Below, piece after piece: positions 1 to 6,315 of a stretch of DNA of 35,081 bases (the stretch's first letter is position 1; every line of letters begins with the position of its first letter). Position numbers and translations under genes: made by a program. The stretch is taken from the NCBI GenBank assembly GCA_045632545.1, contig JAZQWY010000121.1, positions 1 to 35,081 of the forward strand, read 5' to 3'. This DNA is from Eubacteriales bacterium. GTDB lineage: Bacteria; Bacillota; Clostridia; Oscillospirales; CAG-272. Below the pieces are notes generated by a model that saw nothing but the letters and a program-made list of their open reading frames with translations, did not search any database and was not told the origin of the DNA.

Positions 1-405
1 AAGATGTTTGTTACTCTCAATATAGTTATCTATTTTCACTCTTAGCTCGGCATCAACTCGTGAGGACGCCTTTTTCAGCATAGGCAGACGTGTCTTGGCA
101 AGAAAATCATACTCGCAGATATACGGCGTTCTCTGCTTCAAGGAAGCAAGCTCATCATTTGTTATAAGCCCGTTCCGACAAAGCTGCTCCATATCAATAA
201 AATACGGATTTCCCGCAAACGCCGAATATGATTTATACGGCGAATTACATTCGTCGGTAACGCCGAGCGGAAGCACCTGCCAGTAGGTAAATCCGCAATC
301 GGATAAAAAATCTATAAATTCCCTCGCGCTCTCGCCAAAACCTCCTATAGAGTAGTCTCCCCAAAGCGTTGAGATATGCATGAGAACGCCGCTTGAACGT
401 TTCAT
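1..405 (-). CDS. malQ: 4-alpha-glucanotransferase (amylomaltase, GH77), 5' part only; the gene runs off the left edge
   Basis: An ATG at 405 (minus) follows GGAGGA (411-416). My own translation reads MKRSSGVLMHISTLWGDYSIGGFGESAREFIDFLSDCGFTYWQVLPLGVTDECNSPYKSYSAFAGNPYFID, a typical MalQ N-terminus. The frame stays open to position 1. It is absent from the ORF track because no stop lies in the window. Confidence 0.85.
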   Translation of the reverse strand, partial: MKRSSGVLMHISTLWGDYSIGGFGESAREFIDFLSDCGFTYWQVLPLGVTDECNSPYKSYSAFAGNPYFIDMEQLCRNGLITNDELASLKQRTPYICEYDFLAKTRLPMLKKASSRVDAELRVKIDNYIESNKHL

Positions 406-425
406 TTTGTTCCTCCGTGACCGAA

Positions 426-2978
426 TTATTTAGCTTCAAACCAAGTCGAGCCGATATGCGCCTCAACGTCCAAAGGAACTCTCAGCTTGACCGCGCTCTC
501 CATCTCCTCTACGAGCAATCTGAGTGCCTTATCGGCACAGTCCTTATGCGCTTCAAGCAGAAGCTCATCGTGTACCTGCAATATAAGCCTTGCGTCAAGT
601 CCCTCTGCCGCAAGTCTGCGGTGCGTATTTATCATAGCTATCTTGATTATATCCGCGGCAGTTCCTTGTATCGGACTGTTCATCGCCACTCTCTCACCAA
701 AATGCTGGAGATTCTTATTTGAGGCGTTTATCTCGGGAATATAGCGACGTCTGCCAAACAAGGTCGAAACATATCCGTCAATCTTCGCCTGCTTCTTTAT
801 GTTTTCAAGATATTCGTTTACCTTCGGAAAGCCCGCAAGATAGGAATCTATATAATGCTTCGCCTGAGCTCGTGATATCCCCAAGTCCTCTGAGAGAGAA
901 TATTCGCCGATACCGTAAACTATTCCAAAATTTACCGCCTTAGCTCTCTTTCTGAGCTCGGACGTCACCTCGTTGTACGACACGCCAAAAACCATAGCCG
1001 CAGTCGAGGTATGGATATCCTCTCCCTCGGCGAACGCCGATATCATAGTTTCGTCTCCCGATATATCCGCAAGAAGTCTGAGCTCTATCTGCGAATAATC
1101 GGCATCAACTATAACGTAATCGTCGCTCTTAGGTATGAAATATTTTCTGAATCTCCGTCCAAGCTCGGTGCGAACGGGAATATTCTGCAAGTTAGGCTCA
1201 GCTGAGGAAAGCCTTCCCGTTGCCGTGCCCGTTTGATTTAGAACGGTGTGTATCCTGCCCTCGTCATCAGCAAGTCTTATAAGACCGTCGGTATAGGTCG
1301 AATTAAGCTTTGTGACCTGTCTGTAATCGAGGATATCCTCGATTATATCGTGCTTACCTCTCAGCTTGTTCAGCACCTCAGCGTCGGTCGAATATCCCGT
1401 CTTGTTCTTTTTATACGTGGGCAATCCCAGCTTGTTGAAAAGGACGTCGCCGAGCTGCTTGTGAGAGTCGATATTGAACTCCTCTCCCGCGGCGCAGTAT
1501 ATCCTCTCCCTGAGAGCGTCGGCAATCTCTGCAAGCTCCTCTCCGTACGCGGCGATACCATTCACGTCTATCTTCACACCCACAGTCTCCATATCGGCGA
1601 GAACAGCGGCAAGCGGCATTTCTATATCGAAGAGAAGGTGCTCTATACCCTCCTCCTTTACCTTTGACATCATTATGGAATAAAGGGTAAATATCGCTAC
1701 GGATAGGTCGTTTTCTGCCAAAAGACTTGTACCCGCGTATTCAAGATATACCGTCTCAAGGCGGTATTCACGCCGCGTTGAATTAAGCGTATACGCAGCG
1801 AGCATAGTGTCAAAATAGCCATTCTTATAATCTATACCGTGAGCGTGAAGCCTTTTATACAACTCCTTCGCGTCGTGAGTGATTATCTTCGCCGAACCAA
1901 GCGCTTCAAAAATATTATCAGTATCAGAGAAATCACAGCTATAGAGCTTATCACCGTCACAGAAGGAAAGTTTATTATCGGAAATCGCAACCGCTACCGC
2001 CTTTCCCTCAATATATTCTTTCAGCTTTTCGGCAGATATATTCTGCTTCTCAGCGATGGCCGCCGATACAGTATTGCTCACAGTAGCCCTATCCGATGTC
2101 TCCTCCTCTACAGCTATATTATCAAGCCCCAGCTTTTTTATGAGATTAAAAAATTCCAGCTTTTCAAATAGCGATTTCAGCTCTGCCTTATGAATACCGT
2201 TGTATTCGTAGCTATCAATATCAAAATCTATGGGAGCGTCACGCTCGATAGTAACAAGCTTTCGTGAGAGCATAGCGCTATCCTTACCCGCCTCAAGCTT
2301 TTGCTTCACAGAGGGCGTGAGGGCGGAATCGGAATATTTCTCGTAAACACCGTCAAGTGAGCCGAAATCCCCGATAAGCTTGAACGCGTTTTTCTCGCCT
2401 ATTCCCGCTACCCCAGGGATATTATCTGAGGTATCTCCCATAAGCGCCTTGACGTCTATAAACTGAGAGGGATAAACTCCGTAGGTCTCCCTGAACTTAT
2501 CTCTGTCAAAAATCACCGTTTCCTTGTTGGTGGCGAGAAGCACTGTCACGTCGTCATCTATGAGCTGGAGCGAGTCTCTGTCTCCCGTCAGAAGATAGGA
2601 ATGTATTCCCCTCTCCGAGGATTTTGCGGAGACCGTGCCGAGGATATCGTCAGCCTCATAACCCTCAAGCTCAAGCACGGTAAAGCCCATACCACGAACA
2701 CACTCCTTTGCGTAAGGCAACTGCTGAGCCAGTTCCTCGGGCATTCCCTTTCGGTTTGCCTTGTACCCTTCATACATTTTGTGCCTGAAGGTAGGCGATT
2801 TAAGGTCAAACGCGACCACGCAATAGTCGGGCTTGACCGAATTTATATTCTTTGAAAGAATGGTATACATACCGTAAACGGCATTAGTTGGCAGACCGTC
2901 CTTCGTGGTAAGTGTTCTGATACCGTAAAAGGCTCTGTTCAAAATACTGTTTCCGTCCACGACGAGAATGTTTTTCAT
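426..2978 (-). CDS. polA: DNA polymerase I
   Basis: The ORF is 858 aa. It has a 5'-nuclease N-terminus (ILVVDGNSILNRAFYG, LTGDRDSLQL) and polymerase motifs A (DYSQIELRLLA), B (RKRAKAVNFGIVYGI) and C (QVHDELLLE). I prefer the ATG at 2978 (MKNILVV), which has GGAGA about 7 nt upstream, over the ATG at 3002, which has no RBS. Confidence 0.95.
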   Translation of the reverse strand: MKNILVVDGNSILNRAFYGIRTLTTKDGLPTNAVYGMYTILSKNINSVKPDYCVVAFDLKSPTFRHKMYEGYKANRKGMPEELAQQLPYAKECVRGMGFTVLELEGYEADDILGTVSAKSSERGIHSYLLTGDRDSLQLIDDDVTVLLATNKETVIFDRDKFRETYGVYPSQFIDVKALMGDTSDNIPGVAGIGEKNAFKLIGDFGSLDGVYEKYSDSALTPSVKQKLEAGKDSAMLSRKLVTIERDAPIDFDIDSYEYNGIHKAELKSLFEKLEFFNLIKKLGLDNIAVEEETSDRATVSNTVSAAIAEKQNISAEKLKEYIEGKAVAVAISDNKLSFCDGDKLYSCDFSDTDNIFEALGSAKIITHDAKELYKRLHAHGIDYKNGYFDTMLAAYTLNSTRREYRLETVYLEYAGTSLLAENDLSVAIFTLYSIMMSKVKEEGIEHLLFDIEMPLAAVLADMETVGVKIDVNGIAAYGEELAEIADALRERIYCAAGEEFNIDSHKQLGDVLFNKLGLPTYKKNKTGYSTDAEVLNKLRGKHDIIEDILDYRQVTKLNSTYTDGLIRLADDEGRIHTVLNQTGTATGRLSSAEPNLQNIPVRTELGRRFRKYFIPKSDDYVIVDADYSQIELRLLADISGDETMISAFAEGEDIHTSTAAMVFGVSYNEVTSELRKRAKAVNFGIVYGIGEYSLSEDLGISRAQAKHYIDSYLAGFPKVNEYLENIKKQAKIDGYVSTLFGRRRYIPEINASNKNLQHFGERVAMNSPIQGTAADIIKIAMINTHRRLAAEGLDARLILQVHDELLLEAHKDCADKALRLLVEEMESAVKLRVPLDVEAHIGSTWFEAK

Positions 2979-3017
2979 ATAAAATCTCCGTAAATCTCCC
3001 ATAAATTTTCATTATTA

Positions 3018-3047
3018 AGTATAACACTTTTTGCGACTGATTGTCAA
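3018..3047 (-). promoter_or_regulatory. Putative sigma-A promoter of polA
   Basis: On the minus strand this reads TTGACA (3047-3042), an 18-nt spacer, then TG-n-TATACT (-10 at 3023-3018). Confidence 0.5.
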
Positions 3048-3096
3048 GTAATTTATACATTCGCACCTGATTTTAAGAATGAAAAAATTTCAGAAT

Positions 3097-3117
3097 TTTT
3101 TTGAAAATTTCAAAAAA
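3097..3117. repeat. Perfect 21-bp AT-rich palindrome (10-bp arms, 1-nt centre) between the divergent polA and tRNA-Ser promoters
   Basis: The sequence TTTTTTGAAA-A-TTTCAAAAAA was read directly. It lies 5 nt upstream of the tRNA-Ser -35 element. Confidence 0.7.
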
Positions 3118-3121
3118 TCTA

Positions 3122-3150
3122 TTGAAAAGTAAAGTTCTTTGTGGTATAAT
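3122..3150 (+). promoter_or_regulatory. Putative promoter of tRNA-Ser
   Basis: TTGAAA (3122-3127), a 17-nt spacer, then TGG-TATAAT (-10 at 3145-3150). It lies 30 nt upstream of the mature tRNA 5' end. Confidence 0.6.
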
Positions 3151-3179
3151 ACATAAGTCGTTGAAAATTTGACATATAT

Positions 3180-3268
3180 GGAGAGATATCGAAGTGGTCA
3201 TAACGGGGCTGACTCGAAATCAGTTTGTGCGCAAGCACACGAGGGTTCGAATCCCTCTCTCTCCGCCA
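3180..3268 (+). tRNA. tRNA-Ser, anticodon CGA, class II with a long variable arm and an encoded CCA
   Basis: I folded the cloverleaf by hand. The acceptor stem is GGAGAGA/TCTCTCC. The anticodon stem is GCTGA/TCAGT with loop CT-CGA-AA. The variable arm is TGTGC-GCAA-GCACA. The T arm is GAGGG-TTCGAAT-CCCTC, followed by discriminator G and CCA. Confidence 0.95.
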
Positions 3269-3290
3269 AACGCGGCTGAGCCGCACCCGA

Positions 3291-3318
3291 AGCCGCAAGG
3301 AAATCCTTGCGGCTTTTA
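3291..3318 (+). terminator. Rho-independent terminator after tRNA-Ser
   Basis: The hairpin is GCCGCAAGG-aaat-CCTTGCGGC, followed by TTTT. Confidence 0.7.
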
Positions 3319-3348
3319 CAATTAATTTTAGAGAAGGGATTGAAAATA

Positions 3349-3888
3349 ATGCGTAAAACAATTTTGGTAGTTCTTTTTCTTTTGTTTTTGTTTTCTTTAT
3401 CTTCATGTAATAATAACAAATCAGATATGGTCTTTTCGGTAGAACCACCTTGTTTAGATCATAAATTTGGAGATTGGACTATAATAACGGAGCCTACAAT
3501 AAAATCTGAAGGACTTAAACAACGAGTATGCCAAAACTGTGGATTCTTTGAAAACGAAAAAATACCCAAAAATACAGTTTCATATAGCATTAACGAAAAT
3601 GGAAACAAGGTATTGGAAGTTAAGATTCCATTCAATCCCCACGAAGAAACTCAAAATAATAATGTTACAGACACTTCTTCTCCTATAAAAATTGTCATAG
3701 ACGAATCTGAAAAGACAATTACAATCGAAGGAGATTCACTTCCCCCGAACACAACAATATATGATGTCAAATCTAATATTGAGCAAACATTAAAAGATAA
3801 TGATATTATTTTTGATTCAGATTTTGATTTTGATTTTAAAATTCCGGGATATCAGGATAACGAAGATCTCACTCCGTCACCGTATTAA
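3349..3888 (+). CDS. Hypothetical small lipoprotein (179 aa)
   Basis: The ATG at 3349 opens MRKTILVVLFLLFLFSLSSC, a signal peptide with an LSSC lipobox. There is one Cys/His module (C-x2-H ... C-x2-C: PPCLDHKFGDW...RVCQNCG). The gene is very AT-rich relative to its neighbours and has an in-frame (GATTTT)3 repeat encoding DFDFDF. Confidence 0.7.
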   Translation: MRKTILVVLFLLFLFSLSSCNNNKSDMVFSVEPPCLDHKFGDWTIITEPTIKSEGLKQRVCQNCGFFENEKIPKNTVSYSINENGNKVLEVKIPFNPHEETQNNNVTDTSSPIKIVIDESEKTITIEGDSLPPNTTIYDVKSNIEQTLKDNDIIFDSDFDFDFKIPGYQDNEDLTPSPY

Positions 3889-3895
3889 ATTACAC

Positions 3896-4002
3896 AAGGG
3901 CTACCTCTCGGTAGCCCTTTCTCTATCCTTCCCTCACCCCAGCAACTCTCCTATCGCTTGTGCCGTTTCCTTTTTACTCGTACTATCGATATGGCTATAA
4001 AT
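3896..4002. repeat. Copy A of a ~107-bp module (terminator hairpin plus recombinase 3' end)
   Basis: It aligns by eye to 4638-4746 at roughly 85% identity, including the identical 45-nt run CCGTTTCCTTTTTACTCGTACTATCGATATGGCTATAAAT. The hairpin is GGGCTACC-tctc-GGTAGCCC at 3898-3917. Confidence 0.85.
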
Positions 4003-4026
4003 CAAATCCGAAATGATTTGCAAAAT
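3934..4026 (-). pseudogene. Relic of a tyrosine recombinase/integrase C-terminus (about 30 codons)
   Basis: The minus frame reads ILQIISDLIYSHIDSTSKKETAQAIGELLG*. The xIYSHI motif resembles the catalytic-Tyr end of phage-type integrases. There is no upstream start and an in-frame stop at 4027-4029. Confidence 0.55.
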
Positions 4027-4033
4027 TCAAGAA

Positions 4034-4048
4034 CGAACCCCTCTCTCT
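4034..4048 (+). other. Partial direct repeat of the tRNA-Ser 3' end (att-like scar)
   Basis: CGAACCCCTCTCTCT matches tRNA positions 3248-3262 (CGAATCCCTCTCTCT) at 14 of 15 positions, in the same orientation. Confidence 0.45.
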
Positions 4049-4066
4049 GCTATTTCTTAAAAAGGA

Positions 4067-4095
4067 TTGCGATTTTTACTTTTTTGTGGTATAAT
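4067..4095 (+). promoter_or_regulatory. Putative extended -10 promoter of the 4-TM gene
   Basis: TTTGTGGTATAAT (4083-4095) is identical to the 13-mer in the tRNA-Ser promoter (3138-3150). The -35 (TTAAAA) is weak. Confidence 0.4.
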
Positions 4096-4166
4096 GATTT
4101 CAACGATAAATTAGAATTTGATAAATAGTCCAATTGATCAAAAATTACAATATATGGGAGATTAAA

Positions 4167-4592
4167 ATGAATAAAATTCAAAAAAGAGACTTATTGGGAT
4201 TTTTTTGTTATTTGCTGATTTTAGTTGCTATTTTTTGTATAGCCGTTTTTGTGTATCCAATGTGTCTGACAAGTGAAGGCTATTCGGGTGAACATGTCAC
4301 CCCAAGTCTGAAAGAAATAATAAAATCTATGTTGTTATTTATTCCAATTATATTGTCTTTTGGGGCTGCAACATATCTCTATTATTTTGTTTTAAAATTC
4401 AAGAGATTTAATAAATTGGTTTTTCCGTGTATTGTTATTGATGCTACGGTTTTAGTATGTTTGGGTGGTATCGCATTGTGCGGTGGAGCTTTTTTGTGGT
4501 TAATGTTTTTAATAATTCCCGCTTCTTTTGTCTTGTTTATCTTAGGAATTATTTTGGGTTGGAAACTTGATAACAAATCCCCAAAACCATAA
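4167..4592 (+). CDS. Hypothetical small integral membrane protein (141 aa, about 4 TM helices)
   Basis: The ATG at 4167 follows GGGAGA. There are four hydrophobic stretches (LLGFFCYLLILVAIFCIAVFVY, MLLFIPIILSFGAATYLYYFVL, VFPCIVIDATVLVCLGGIAL, FLWLMFLIIPASFVLFILGIILGW). AT content is very high. I recognise no family motif. Confidence 0.6.
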   Translation: MNKIQKRDLLGFFCYLLILVAIFCIAVFVYPMCLTSEGYSGEHVTPSLKEIIKSMLLFIPIILSFGAATYLYYFVLKFKRFNKLVFPCIVIDATVLVCLGGIALCGGAFLWLMFLIIPASFVLFILGIILGWKLDNKSPKP

Positions 4593-4637
4593 AAAGTTCA
4601 ACAAATTCCAATTTGTCAAGTTGTAAATAAACGCCTT

Positions 4638-4746
4638 AAGGGCTGACCATTGGTCAGCCCTTTCCTTATCTTCCCCTCACCCCAAGCAACTCTCCAATCG
4701 CCTGAGCCGTTTCCTTTTTACTCGTACTATCGATATGGCTATAAAT
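4638..4746. repeat. Copy B of the ~107-bp module (terminator hairpin plus recombinase 3' end)
   Basis: The hairpin is GGGCTGACC-attg-GTCAGCCC. Its stem sequence differs from copy A but pairing is preserved, so the changes are compensatory. Confidence 0.85.
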
Positions 4747-4787
4747 ATTAGCAGTGGTTACAACTCGTTAAGCGTAATTTGCGCCAT
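4666..4787 (-). pseudogene. Internally deleted tyrosine recombinase/integrase gene (start plus 9 codons joined out of frame to about 33 C-terminal codons)
   Basis: On the minus strand, AAGGAGG-n7-ATG at 4787 opens MAQITLNEL*. An overlapping frame reads RVVTTANIYSHIDSTSKKETAQAIGELLGVRGR* (stop at 4666-4668). Confidence 0.55.
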
Positions 4788-4874
4788 ATGCGTTACCTCC
4801 TTCGTTTTTTGGTAACACACTATATCACACAAGCGGGAAAAAATACAGACCAATTTTAAAAGTTTTTGTCTTTT

Positions 4875-5477
4875 TTATTTATCATTAACATCTACCAATA
4901 CAGCTCTGCAAGGCGAGCCGTCAGCACCCGATAAATTCAGTGGCGCGGAATTCAAAAAATAAACGCCTTCCGAAACCTCTGCCAAACGAATACCCTCAAG
5001 CAAAACGACACCAGCAGACAAAAGTATTTGATGCACTACCATCGGCGTATCTTCCGGTCCAACGGTTTGAGATTCATTTCCCAAAAGTAAAAATTCCGCG
5101 GTAGCAAATATTTTTGCGGCTTCAGCAGAAACTTCTGCATCTCCCTTAATCAGTATTCTTTTCGCCGCTTCCGTGTTCTGCTTTTTAGCTTTTTCAATGA
5201 TTCTCAAAGCATCATCACCTGATACAACACCATTATGCTCTACCACATAAGCCATTCCAACAAATACTTCTAAGGATATAGCATCCACGGTTTTTCCGTC
5301 TTTAATGAAATGAAACGGTGCGTCTATATGAGTGCCGTTGTGGGCGCACATACTAAATTCCGTCAGATTATATAGGTCGCCTTTTTTCATTGAATTGAGC
5401 ACCGTTTTCTTCGGTATCGGGTCGCCGGGATATACTTTGCAACTAAAAATTTCTTGGGAAATATCGTATATTTTCAT
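4875..5477 (-). CDS. Cyclase family protein (putative arylformamidase/kynurenine formamidase-like)
   Basis: The 200-aa protein carries HNGTHIDAPFHF, matching the HxGTHxDxPxH signature of the putative cyclase family. GGTGGAGA lies upstream of the ATG. Confidence 0.8.
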   Translation of the reverse strand: MKIYDISQEIFSCKVYPGDPIPKKTVLNSMKKGDLYNLTEFSMCAHNGTHIDAPFHFIKDGKTVDAISLEVFVGMAYVVEHNGVVSGDDALRIIEKAKKQNTEAAKRILIKGDAEVSAEAAKIFATAEFLLLGNESQTVGPEDTPMVVHQILLSAGVVLLEGIRLAEVSEGVYFLNSAPLNLSGADGSPCRAVLVDVNDK

Positions 5478-5500
5478 TAGCTTTTCTCCACCGCAAATGT

Positions 5501-5884
5501 TTATTTATCAGTATGCTTTCTCCGTTTTATTTTTGCTCTAGTCGCCTCAAAGCTTGCGTTTGCGAGGAATGCTACCACGTCCTCGGGAGCATCTGGCAGG
5601 AGCACTGATATCCAATGAAGCTTGTTCATGTGATATGCGGGGTAGACACCGTCCGCCGCGCCGAACGAGCCGAACATCTCGGTCGGTAGCTTTAGGTTCA
5701 CAACATCGATGACCTCGTCACTTTCAAACCCAAACTTGCGCCTTGATACCCTCATCACGATCGCATACCACTTGCGGTTATCTCCGTGCCTGAGCACCGC
5801 CGTCTCAAAATCCTCGTCAAACGGATAGTCTGGCGACGTGCCGTACGAACCCAGACACATATCTAAAAATTCTTGTTTTGTCAC
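5501..5884 (-). CDS. MmcQ/YjbR family DNA-binding protein
   Basis: The 127-aa protein contains PDYPFDEDFETAVLRHGDNRKWYAIVM...VNLKL...YHMNKLHWISV, typical of YjbR/MmcQ. The start is a GTG with GGAGG 7 nt upstream. It lies 23 nt upstream of the cyclase gene, so the two are probably an operon. Confidence 0.8.
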   Translation of the reverse strand: MTKQEFLDMCLGSYGTSPDYPFDEDFETAVLRHGDNRKWYAIVMRVSRRKFGFESDEVIDVVNLKLPTEMFGSFGAADGVYPAYHMNKLHWISVLLPDAPEDVVAFLANASFEATRAKIKRRKHTDK

Positions 5885-6238
5885 TACGAGACCTCCTGTA
5901 TGTTTTTTACCATAACGCTTTTAGTTTCGTAGCTATTATACCATAAATGTGCTCATAAATCTAGTATATTGTGTAAATTCATATGGGAAAGGGCTGGTTT
6001 CTCGCTTTTCTTTACTATGCAGTTGTAAGGTATTCGGGGTAGGTTTGCTTTATGATGTCACGCACCACTCTCGTCACCCCCTTTTACATGGTAACGTTTG
6101 ACAATATGAACGATCTCACTTCGCATATCGTGAATAACAGCAAGGTTTCGTGGAGTATCATTTTTTCGAAAAATTCAACAAAATTTGTGCGTTAATCTTC
6201 ATATACATATTAAAAAAGTAAATTTATTCACAAAAGGG

Positions 6239-6267
6239 TTGACAAATCTTCGACCGAGGAGTATAAT
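6239..6267 (+). promoter_or_regulatory. Consensus sigma-A promoter of the large lipoprotein gene
   Basis: TTGACA (6239-6244), a 17-nt spacer, then TATAAT (6262-6267). Confidence 0.7.
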
Positions 6268-6315
6268 ACGCTTAGAGCTTTATGCTCAAAAATAATTTTA
6301 TATTTGGAGGCTTTT

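Noticed and set aside
3080-3120. CodY-box-like sequences (AAATTTCAGAATTTT here and TTTTTTCTGAAAATG at about 17876-17890)
   Set aside because: Each matches AATTTTCWGAAAATT at only about 12 of 15 positions in very AT-rich DNA, which is indistinguishable from chance without a genome-wide test.
3119-3448. Minus-strand ORFs (109 aa and 73 aa) overlapping tRNA-Ser
   Set aside because: They run through a canonical tRNA and its terminator, and they have no RBS.
3819-3836. A (GATTTT)3 tandem hexamer, considered as a phase-variation or CRISPR-like repeat
   Set aside because: There are only three in-frame units encoding DFDFDF inside a CDS, so length changes would stay in frame. It is not an array.
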